This document shows positions 37,124 to 47,907 of a stretch of 54,865 bases of DNA, piece after piece; position 1 is the stretch's first letter; every line of letters begins with the position of its first letter. This stretch comes from Blastocystis sp. subtype 4. Lineage: Eukaryota. Location of the stretch: the NCBI RefSeq assembly GCF_000743755.1, contig NW_014569513.1:1-54865 (forward strand). Reading direction: 5' to 3'. A model generated the notes under the pieces. It searched no databases, was not told where the DNA came from, and was given only the letters and a program-made list of their open reading frames with translations. A program made the translations under genes and the position numbers.

Positions 37124-37874
37124 TCACTTTGACTTCTTCTGTCGTTTCTGTTGAAACATTCTGTATTTCGCTGCACGACTAACATTCTCCAGATATTTCT
37201 CGTCTGCCTTACGATTCTTGGCAAATTCCGCCTTCAGCCGATCTGCTCGTAACCGCTTTTCAAGAGTTAACTTCTCTGTTAAATCTCCCCATTTGAAACC
37301 TTTTAAGTATTTGATATTCCAAATGATATCATGGAAGAAACCACTCTTTTTACCACCAACAATCTGCCCATTCAGCATAGCGGCACATCTCTTTGCATCT
37401 CTCTTATCTTCAAACTCTATCCAACCTTCAACAAACTTCTTCTTGCGGTTACCACCATTCAAAGCACGACGACGGGCAACGGAAGCATCTTCTTCCACCA
37501 AATGCATCCGTTGAACGATTCCAAACTTCCCAAGCAGATGTTTGATTTTCTCTGGTTTCATATATGGAGGAACAGAACTGAGATACACTACACCACTCCG
37601 TCGCACCTTCTCATTGTATTCAGCAATGACATCTGCAGAAAGAGGTTTTGTATCTCCTAGCACCTTTTCATTCTCCTCTTTTTCTAATTCTGAGGTATTA
37701 TTCTCGGAATCAGAACCATCGTCTTCCTCGTCTATTTCTGAGGTAGAAATGATTTGCGTCTCTTCATTTTCGACTTTAGATGTATTCTCATCGTCCTCCT
37801 CTAGAAAGAAGCTATCATGCGAGTCTTCACTGTCCTATTGGTTATTTTACATGAACGAATGTTGCTACACTCAT
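37124..37874 (-). CDS. ESF2: Pre-rRNA processing protein Esf2/ABT1
   Basis: Acidic N-terminus, GVVYLSSVPPYMKPEKIKHLL, FVEGWIEFEDKRDAK, WNIKYLKGFKWGDLTE. Confidence 0.92.
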
Positions 37875-37926
37875 TGCAAGAGAATCAAGAAACAACAAAG
37901 AATGATGTGTATGAACAAACACTTCC

Positions 37927-40900
37927 TTATAAAGAGAACCCACTTGGTGTTCTAACGATCTGGAAATCCGTCAGACCTCTTGACGCAGTCTACAACTTAC
38001 TGCTATCCTTTATCCTTACCTTTGTCTTCAACTCTCTACTCAGAATTCTTGTCAAAGTGTTTAAAATGGAGTTCTCTCCTTCTTCAATGACAGCATCAAA
38101 CAGATCCCGCTTCTCCACTCTGTGACTTCCGATACGAATTGTGGGGACAAAGGGATGTCCAGGAAGTGGAAGTACACAGTCTGAGTAGGTGAAGATGGCC
38201 GAGGCTCCTGTTGCTGCCAAGGAAGTAACTGTCTCCACATAGTCCAATGGACCACTCCTTCGCATAATGTGCACTCCCGGTACACTAGTAAGGACTTGTT
38301 CAGCATTGAGAATGGTCGCTTTCAATTCCACATTGCTGCCAAAGACATTTGCCACAAATTCGCTAATGGATAGAATCCGGTCGAATTCTGGAATAACTAC
38401 AATACATCCATTCTGTACAAGATGGCAGACCATCTGTGCAAGAATATTGGCCGAAGTAGTATCAATTGAGGTACGATCAGAGAGAATTCCTATCACCAGA
38501 CCAGCAAGAGAATGATTGGGAAGAGGAATGGGAGCAGGAAGCTCTGAAACAGATTGAGAGATCCAGTCCATGGCCTATGATCAAGAAGAAGGACAGAACC
38601 TACATGATTGATGGTATTCTCAATTCCTCCTTCTTTCTGAATGCTTCCTTGACCAAAGGAAGAGCCATCACACTTCCATTCATCTCTCAATTTCTCATTG
38701 AAGTAGGAAAGAAGTGTTTTCTCACAGCCATGTTCCAATAAGAAGGCTGAATAGACACAGGGATGAAGAAGATGTCCCACAATTACGCGATCATAGTTGT
38801 GAATTCCATCAGGAGACGAACCATAGCCTTCAGCACATCCTTCGGTATGAATCAGAGAAGTTGTGAAGGTATAAAAGTTGTTGTCTTGGGCCTTCTTACT
38901 TACAATTCCAGCAATTTGTCCTGAACATAAGCTTGTTGGTACAATGATTAAGCCGGCCTGAGCACTCTCTCGCACTTCCTTTTTCCCATCGATCCTCTTT
39001 ATCGATGATGCGAATTGAAGTGCTGTGAATGAGAGTGGCAAAGGATCGATTGTGCGTGTCTGATAAGGAACACGCGATGGAACAAACAGAGAGTTAAACG
39101 TATTCAAATCTCCCTTCTTCTCACAATACCAGTTCCTCCAAATCTGCATCTAAACATCACCTCGTTCTCACACCATCACCTGACTGTGACAAGCTCGTTC
39201 TCCAAAAGTTCTTTTTCCTTCAGCTACTTGAACAACATATTCATAAGTCTCATCTCTCAACTGCGTCAATGAAACTCCATCAAGATAACGCCCTGCATTA
39301 ATATCCAGGTCTTTTTCCAATTCATGATACCTTCGCGATGTTGTTAACAGTTTGATCACCAGGAATGAAGGATCCCATGTATCAAAGAGGAAAGGATATT
39401 GGTACAAATGGATGGTTCGTAATACTGCCATTTCCTGTACTGAACATAACAATTGTACATCCTGCTGCTACCTGACCTGTGACACTCTCGATATCATTCC
39501 CAGGTGTATCCATAAACCAATATCCCTTTCTGTTGTTTAAACGTTCACTGTATTCGAGAATACCCTCAAGGACGGTCTCTTCACTCTTCTTCATTGCTGC
39601 CCCCAGCGACTTGATGGCGATGTTGTACAAGCCACGATAGAAGTTTCCTCCTGATGGATTGCTCTGTGCGCTCACACCATGGAGATTGGCGGTTGATTCG
39701 TACCTTGCTTGAGTTTCCATGAAGCGACGAGCGACGTCCAGAGAAGGGACCTTATCCAGAATGTAAGCATCTGCTCCGATGAGTTCATCTGGATAGGTTA
39801 GAGAAAGGTGATGATGGTTCAAAGGAATAACAGTTCAATCACTAGTCTATGGCACTCACTCGTCATCAGTCATGACATTCACTCCATCATCAGTCATGAC
39901 ATTCACTCCATCATCAGCCTTGACATTCACTCCATCATCAGTCATGACACTCACTCCATCATCAGCCATGACACTCACTCAATCCATCAAACAAGCATTC
40001 ACTCAATTACTACACCCTTCAAACAACCATTTCACTTACCTGTCTCTGCTAATACAGCACTTCCTCCTCTCTCAATTACATACTCAGCAACTGCTCCCTG
40101 AAGAGGATTTGCAGTCACTCCCGAAAAGGCATCACTTCCACCACACTGCAAAGCCAGACACAAACTCGCAATGGGCTGAGGAGATCGCTCACACTTCATA
40201 ACCACAGGAATTATGGACTCCACAGCTTTATCAATAATCAAGGGAGAGGTCACAGTATCCTTTAATGCAATCCACTGAATTGGTAGCGAAGTAGGATCAA
40301 AACCACATTCACGAAGCTGACACTCAACTTCTGTACGATTAATCACATCTCTATCCTAAAGATTCCTATCCAAATATACTCTTCATTGAATACCACAACA
40401 GCGGCTCCAACATTGGGATGAACAATGAATCCAGCCAATGTTCGAAGAACCTTATCTTTATTCAACGGTTCACGATCAATCGATCCTTCTGTGTGGATAC
40501 AACTCACAACTCCATCCATCGTTTTGGAGGTATGATGTTGATACTCCTTTTGACAACGATCCGCCGACACTTTTACAATACTGTCTGTTTGTAACACATA
40601 AATCAAAAGTCAAACTGCAAAGAGATGAGGTTGAGAAGACAACAACGTAATTCCGTGTTCCCACGCCACGATTTCCTTCTCTCTTATATCCCATAAATGT
40701 CTCATTCTCCCATCCATCAATAGGTTTCGTTGATGGAGTAGGCTTGAAATGCTCCTCATCCAGTACATAGGACACGATCCGATCATCAAAATTCGCTGAT
40801 TCAGGCCAATTAAATGTTGGGTCCACCACTTCTATCCTATTATATCATCTCAAGAAGTGTACTCAAGGCAGCCAATCCACGTTGATTCATAATATATTCA

Positions 40901-41172
40901 CCAGGAAGAATGTCCTTTAGAGCTGTTCCAAATTGCATATTCCAAGAATACAAACCACCGTCCTTAGGGATTCTCTTCACTGCAAAGCGATGACCTTCCA
41001 ACACGGTGTGAGAAATACGGACAACAAGTCCATCTAGAAGTTCTACAAGGGTTCCCTCTTTGAGGACATCAATAGCAATGGCCACATTGTCATTAGGTTT
41101 GGGAAGTCTAGCAACATCCACAAACTTCCTTGGAGATGCTTCTTCTTCAATTTCTATCTTTCCACTTCTCAT
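37927..41172 (-). CDS. UxaA/GarD-family (altronate/galactarate) dehydratase with SAF domain and internally duplicated dehydratase module
   Basis: SAF domain DNVAIA...GHRFAV, GYKREG.RGVGTRNY, LQCGGSDAFSGVTANP, NPSGGN, MDTPGNDIESVTGQVAAGC. A second degenerate copy follows (PTSLCSG, HTEGC, LEHGCEKT, GHPFVP). Confidence 0.88.
39839..39982. repeat. 24-nt minisatellite (tcatcagtcatgacattcactcca, ~6 copies) inside a 251-nt intron
   Basis: Five near-identical units at 39863-39982 plus a degenerate unit at 39839-39862. Host intron 39789-40039 on the minus strand. Confidence 0.9.
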
Positions 41173-41285
41173 TGATACAATAGTGATACAATCCTATTAC
41201 TTTCTGGGGGTTTCATCATATGAAGACCAGTTCTCTTAGAACAATAGATTATTCACGATAGATAACTTCGTTGTTGAGGCAAAAA

Positions 41286-41359
41286 TGCTCAAACGGGGGA
41301 TCGAACCCCAGACCTTCGCGTTATTAGCACGACGCTCTAACCAGCTGAGCTATTCGAGC
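41286..41359 (-). tRNA. tRNA-Ile(AAT)
   Basis: Reverse complement GCTCGAATAGCTCAGCTGGTTAGAGCGTCGTGCTAATAACGCGAAGGTCTGGGGTTCGATCCCCCGTTTGAGCA, followed by a T-run terminator. Confidence 0.95.
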
Positions 41360-41440
41360 TTATTTTGGTTCTTTAGGTTATCTAGATAAGGTATGTATTA
41401 GTTTTTGACTCAGTAGACAAATCATCAAAGAAGTATCTGG

Positions 41441-44354
41441 ATGGATTTGCCGTTTCCATACCTATTAACTCCGTCATCGATTATTCACAAGAATGAGGTG
41501 TTGCACTGTGGGAAGACCTTCTATTTTGATGAAAAGAGACGCATATATCTTGTAGCTGAAGAGGAGAAATGTAATTATGAAACATTGTGTTGATGGCTAG
41601 TGAAGATTGCTAAGATCGTTATTTCTGATGACAAAGACGGTCTAGAGATGAAATTTGGCGATAGTATAATTTTGGAGTTCAGTTCGCCGATCCTATCACT
41701 GGCTCCAGGCTTTGATAGTTGTAGCGTTTTGATAGAGTTGGAGAATTGTTGTGAGATATGCCATTTCCCAGACTTCACCGTCGAGCCAATTACCTATTTT
41801 GGTTTTCAGAAGAAATTGTGTTCTATGGTGAAAGGTATGGAATCTTCTAGATGGTTAAGTTGTAGATGAATTTGTTTTCTTTGGAGAATATGGACTTGTC
41901 ATCATTTCACTGGATTCTGTTGTTCATTTTTCTCGAATGTTCAGTTCGAAGATTATTGCTGTTGATACATATCTCGAATATATCATTCTATGTCTAAGTA
42001 ATGGGGATGCAGTGATTCTCAAGTATGGTACCGAAACCGTTGTAACGCAGTTTCATGTACTACATTCGATTCCCTCTCGTGGATTTAAAGCTACCCTTAA
42101 GTTTGGGGATGAGAATCACATTCTCATGGGTATAGCAGAGGAGGAATCAAAGCAAGTTTTCCTTATTTCAAAAGGGGATAAATCTACATATAGAGTAAAT
42201 GAAGTTTTGAATGTTTGCTGCTCAGATACAGATAGATCTTTGGATGAGTATTGGATATTGGAGTATTGTACAGAATATCGTCTTTTTTTGGCATCTCATC
42301 CTACTTCAAGTGAGTTAGGGTTGATTCAGTTATACGATGATGAGGAATGGGAGGTACTAGATTGTACAACAGGCGAGAATGTGAGTGTTCCTATAAATGA
42401 GGAAGAATATGTTAGTGAGTGTGTCATTGGGATGAAAGTACTGAGCTATGACGAGAAACAGTATGTTGTCTTTGCTGTAGAGAGTGGAAACGATGCAGTT
42501 ATTCGTATTGATCGAAATCCTGATGTTTCTGTGGATATGACGATTGATTATGATTATCAAGAGATCATTAAACAGTTATCGCCTCATCTATCTCCACAAG
42601 ATCTTCTCTCTCTGTCTATTCGTTTTCAGAACATCTTTCAATCTCACTTGGACCATGCTCGGGAGCTTGCTGAAGCTATTCAGGAAGTGCAGTCAGATTC
42701 CAAAATAGCGTACGATTTTATGTTTGTCTTGAAGGATAGTCGTATTCGTTCAAAAGATCGGCGAAGGAGGATTGTCACAGCATTACAAGCAGAGAGGGAT
42801 ATAATTGCGGTGCTGAAGAAGGAGGTGCCAAATTTTGTTGAATGCATTTCGGAAGCTCTAAAGTCCAGGAAACGAGAAGTATTGTCATTGCGTTCACTTC
42901 GAGAGTCCTTGCTTTCTCGTGGTTATTCATTGCATCCCAGACAATCTGATTTAACGGAATTGCCAAAGAAGAATAGCGTTATTGAGCAGAGTGAAGCAGA
43001 GATCGTGAGGAAGTGGAAGTGGACTTTTGAGGAAGTGGGGAACCCTCTTTTGGAATGGAAAGGAAGAAAAGAGAATGTGTTGGAAGAAGTGAAGGAAGAC
43101 TGGTTTGAGAGATTGGTAAGAGAGGAGAGAGAGAAAGAGGAGAGGAAGAGAGAGGCAGAGAGGAAGAGAGAAGAGGAGAAGAAGAGGAGAGAGGAAGAGG
43201 AGAAGAAGAAAGAAGAGGCAGAGAGGAAGAGAGAGGAGGCAGAAAAGAAGAGAGAGGAGGCAGAGAAGGAGAAAGAAGAGGCAATAAAGAGAGAGAAAGA
43301 GAAGGTGAAGGAGAGAGAAGAGAAGGTGAAGAATCGATTGCTTGAAGAAGAGAAGAAGAAGGAAGCAAAAGAATCGGAAATGAAGACAAAGGAACAAAAT
43401 CCAGCACCAAGTCTTTTGAATTCCAAAGTCCTGTCCTCTGCAGACTCCTCTGTCAAATCTGCTGTTTCTTCATCGACTCAAGACTCCTCCATAAAGTCTT
43501 CTAATGGTCCGTCAGTAAGTAAGTCTACAGGTCTATTCAATTCTTCCACTGGCCAATCGGCAACTCAATCATCAAACGGTTTATTCAACAAATCAACTAC
43601 GACTTCATCCACTACTCAGACATCTGGGGGTCTGTTTAACAATCCAGCTGCAACTACTTCAGCACCTCAATCATCAGGTGGTCTCTTCAACTCTTCTACA
43701 TCTACTCAATCATCGGGAGGACTCTTCAACAAACCCACTACTTCTACAAATCAATCATCTGGTGGTTTATTCAACTCTTCCACATCTACTCAATCATCAA
43801 ACGGTCTATTCAACAAACCAGCTACAACTACTTCCACCTCTGGTCAATCATCTGGAGGTCTGTTTAATAATCCAGCTACTCAATCTTCAGGGGGTCTGTT
43901 CAATTCCTCTCCAACTACTCAATCATCGGGGTTGTTTGGTACATCTGCCACAACTCAGTCAGGAGGTCTGTTTAGTATATCAGGATCCTCTACCTCTGTT
44001 AATTCTCAAGAAGCAGGACTATTTGGTACCACTCCCCAAGCTACAGGACTCTTTAGCAAATCAACGGCCTCTTCCTCTCTCTTCTCGAAGTCATCCCAAG
44101 CTCCCTCGACAGGTCTCTTTGCTGGAGGTCAACAGTCAATCGATCCTGTACTTCCACATTACTGGACTCATCTCTAGAACAAATTCTATCAATTGATCGC
44201 AGAATTCTATCAACAGTTCAATAGTGGAAAGATGCAGGAAGTCCAGGGAATCGTAAACAAGTATCGCGGGAATGAATTAGTCTTGTGTCAGCGACTAGAG
44301 AAGAAGTATTGTAATGGACAACCCCTATTATCGAATCGACTTAAGACATTATGA
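41441..44354 (+). CDS. Nucleoporin-like protein (Nup214/Nup159-type layout: beta-rich N-terminus, coiled coil, GLFN/GLFG repeats)
   Basis: Beta-strand-rich N-terminal region, E/K/R coiled coil, more than ten S(S)GGLFN/GLFG/GLFS repeats in S/T spacers, and a final exon after a 30-nt intron. Confidence 0.65.
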
Positions 44355-44404
44355 CACCATGTTTTGGACAAACACACAACGGATCACAGATTCATAGACA
44401 CAGT

Positions 44405-45017
44405 TCACAAATCCTCTTCTTGATAAACCGACTCATTCACATCCTCAGCAACCTCCACTATCTTTTCTTTCTGAGCTCGTTTACGTTGTCTCTTAGCCTT
44501 CAGTTCCTTGATCATCTGCTTCATCGAGTCGATAATCCTCTCAGCATCGGGATAAAAGAACTGATATTTCTCAGCATTGGGATCCGAAATGATGTCATAG
44601 TTCACAGAGCCATCAGGATTGATGAAATAGATACGAGGGAAGTAAGAACCATCTAACAATTATGCTATCTACAACAAGTCAAAACCGATTTTGTATGTGT
44701 CATCTTGGAGCTCTTCACCATTCGGTGCACTGATCATCACAAACTTCTTTGACAATTTAATCAGTGGAATATTCTCTCTGCACATCCTTCCGAGATTTTG
44801 ACATGTCTTACACCAATCTCGGTGAATCAAAAGAACTCCAGGTCGTTTCTTCTCCTTGATCTCCTTCATACCATCTTCGTAGCTCCTCCATCGAATATAT
44901 TCACCAAATGCACCTCCCAATCCCTCACAAACTGCAATCGATATTACTATTGACTACAAGTCAATCTCAAATGTACAGAGATTCTACAAGAAGCAATAGA
45001 AGATATCCTGTCTTCAT
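44405..45017 (-). CDS. ER thioredoxin-fold protein ERp18/TXNDC12-like
   Basis: Signal peptide, GAFGEYIRWRSYEDG, LIHRDWCKTC, DGSYFPRIYFINPDG, C-terminal EEDL. Confidence 0.8.
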
Positions 45018-45082
45018 GTTGTGTTTATTTGAGTCATGACAACTACAACAACAGAACCGCGGATATTCGAAACAAACATCAA

Positions 45083-46316
45083 TCAATAATAGGAAGAGCT
45101 TGGTGAGCGGCTCCTTCGACGGCCACGTCTAGAATGACTTTGTGAAGGACTTGGAGAGGATCGGAATACCAATTCACCTTTCGGAATTTGCTCTTCTTCT
45201 TTAAACGGGACTGCAACTTCTAGAATACCTTCCTTCCACTTTCCAGAGTGGACCTTTTCGACGAGCCGTCTGATTACATCATCGTATTCTCCCCTCATCG
45301 CAGTATCCACTGAATTAGAATATCTTGGCAAATTACTATCTACTGGAGTATATCGAGCTATTCCTGCCTGTCGCTGATATGCATAATAATCACTAAACAG
45401 ACCTGCAGGAAGGTTAGCAAGCTGCTCATTGGTCACAGAAAGTAGATTAGAGGGGTTTGATTCTGGAAACTGCTTTGCTGGAATATCCGTTTCAAACACC
45501 TGAGTTATAATAATGCCATTGAAAGCATTCTCAAATCGACGAATGCTGATTTCTGGAAATCTTAACATTAACCAACGAAGTCACAAGTACATAGAATGTT
45601 GCTTCCAGAGAGTGAGTAATTTGTTGATCTGATGGGCTGAACAATCTGAACACTTGCGTATTTCTGCTAACATCACTTCGACGTAGGGCCCAAGACACTT
45701 GACATATCCAGGATATGTCGTTTTACAGGCAGCAAGAAGATCATTTATCAGATATAAAACGACAAGCTTGGTAGTAAATGTACGTTCTGAATTGAATTTG
45801 TTGAATAATAAACGTGTGATTGTGAATCCTTTGGATGGCAACAATGGAAGTAAGTATTCTCGTGTGCTACGAATGCACTTTGCTGACCCTCAAGATCACT
45901 AGATGAAACTAGTAGTACCTTTCAATTCCAGCAACAATTGTTGTATCCTTTCGGACTGCTCTTTTGTTAGTGTTGGGTTAGAAGCTTAGAGTTAAACACT
46001 AGAACTATTCTCACTTTGGATCTACTCATCAATGTCTCCTTTCTTAGTTACCATATGTATTTCCTGTGTAGAAGGAACATTGCTCATCAAACATGCTAAA
46101 TGAAAGCAAAAGTAGTCACAGCCTTGTCCAAAAAAGGCAAATGAAGTGAGAGCATTTGGTAACTCCTACAATTTTACTTGTTGATGCTTAACTAACTTGA
46201 TTTTGGAAACAACTAAGTCCTTCTTCTCCTCGGGTTTGAATCGCACTGCAGATTCGTTGAATTCTTTCTCGAAGAGCTTTATCAGAAGGTGGAAATGCCG
46301 GCGGAGGAAGATTCAT
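45083..46316 (-). CDS. CHERP-like splicing factor (SURP-like + CID + RS tail)
   Basis: PPSDKALRERINE...FAFL SURP-like start, CID segment KLVVLYLINDLL...INKLLTLWKQH, NLPAGL...YTPVD, and RSRSPS tail. Confidence 0.65.
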
Positions 46317-46372
46317 CGAGTTGAACAAATGATGTTTGAATAACTATGAACAAACACACGAATCGCAATCCA

Positions 46373-47256
46373 TTATTTCCTAAGATACATAGCTGATGTC
46401 ATCTGAATTATTTCCTTAAAAGGAGTCCTTGTAGGAGCTTCTACACATAACTAACTTTTGTTTTCATTACCTGTCGGTTTCCTATTCTTCGTGTATACAT
46501 AGTAAATCACAACAGCTACAACAATCAATATCACAAGAAGCGTAATCAGACCCATGATGATCTTATCGGTCATTAGACGTACCAAATACGCTCGAATCAA
46601 TTGATCCGATTTCTTCAATTGATTGTCTATATCTTCTACATTTCCTTTCATTCCTCCTAGTTGGTCGGTTTGTTGTGATAGAGTCTCTGTTGTAGCCAGT
46701 GCAACCTGTTTGGTTTCTTGTAGCAACATCATCGTGTTTTTGGCAGCGTCAATCGTCTTTCCTTGAGTCTTTCAATCATGCACAGTTCAAATCCATACCT
46801 GCAGTGCGTGCTGGATTAACATGTCTCCACCTTCAACACCATCGTCTTCTAGACATCACTTCCTGTCTCTTTCCAAACTTGGTCCCCCCAACAGATCCTT
46901 TCTCTCCATCGACTGAAACTGAAACTTTAAATCAGACTGCAGAACCTTGATTCGTTCCGAAAACGCAGTCTTCTTCTACACCATCACTTCTCCCTCGATT
47001 CTATACATTGATATAATTAATCTGTTGTTCGCGAGGCAATTTCTTGATTTGGATTGAAAGGGCATCGAGATTGTCCTTTGCTTCATTCATCTATGCATAT
47101 AAGCCCAGCATCCATGATTCTTACAAGTCGTTTTGCATCTGCTAATAGCATTCGCTTTTCATCTGTCGTCGTATCTTCAGTAATCTGTCTGTAACTGTGT
47201 TCAGCTTTCGACAAGACATCATCAACGTCACTGACCCATCCATCAACTGCAGCCAT
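46373..47256 (-). CDS. Qb-SNARE, NPSN/Vti1-like
   Basis: Helical Habc N-terminus, SNARE motif TLSQQTDQL...LKKSDQLI, RLMTDKII followed by a TM helix. Confidence 0.8.
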
Positions 47257-47505
47257 AGTTGCTAGTGGATATCTTGAAAATCGGATAGAAAATGATCCAC
47301 TACCGATTTTTGGAATAGGAATCGTGTTGAATTTGGGAAACGAAAAAGAGTTGAATTTTGGATGAACGATTCACTATTCTCACATAGGAGTTCGTATTTG
47401 TATCAACAGAACATTTCTCCTTAGATCTGTTGAAGATAGATAATGTACATACCATATCCTATTCACTCTCAACAAACACTTCATAATAGTACAGTTCAGC
47501 TTCAC

Positions 47506-47823
47506 TCATCCAATCCGGAACACTAAAAACGACATATCTGCAATACTAAAGTATAGAAAGTTGTTTCGGTCGTGTGTTACATAGCAACCAAAATTCTTTC
47601 CCACTATAACATGCCAGACACCTCCCTTGTTGGAATCAAGATCACACTTAATGTGCTTGGCAATATCCTTTTCAACTGCATACAGTGTCATCGCCTAACT
47701 CTGAAAAAAACATCAAACACAAACAGATTTGGTAAGTTCTTCTACATATGTCTGGAGATCCTCAGGCATCTCTACAGACTTGTATACTACCTTCATCGTC
47801 GATAATTGATGACTGGAATACAT
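47506..47823 (-). CDS. Dynein light chain LC8-type
   Basis: EMPEDLQ, EKDIAKHIK, WHVIVGKNFGCYVTH. One intron; the start may be at 47796. Confidence 0.88.
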
Positions 47824-47907
47824 AATCAATGTGTATGTGATAAGAAACAATCATCTGAAAGAATCGGTATTTCTTTTGTCCTCACGGGAATTCTTCATTT
47901 TCGTTTT

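Noticed and set aside
39839..39982. 24-nt repeats as a CRISPR array
   Set aside because: Units are directly adjacent with no unique spacers, there are no cas genes, and the array lies in a eukaryotic intron.
5..41359. Three dispersed minus-strand tRNAs as integration sites or island boundaries
   Set aside because: No integrase, direct repeats or compositional shift next to them; they look like ordinary dispersed Pol III genes.
42923..43456. Three overlapping Leu/Ser/Phe-rich minus-strand ORFs (similar ones at 51812-52235)
   Set aside because: Antisense of purine-rich E/K coiled-coil coding sequence, which lacks stops by composition.
47506..47823. Dynein light chain as evidence of a hidden flagellum
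   Set aside because: LC8 is a general dimerisation hub that also occurs in non-flagellated eukaryotes.
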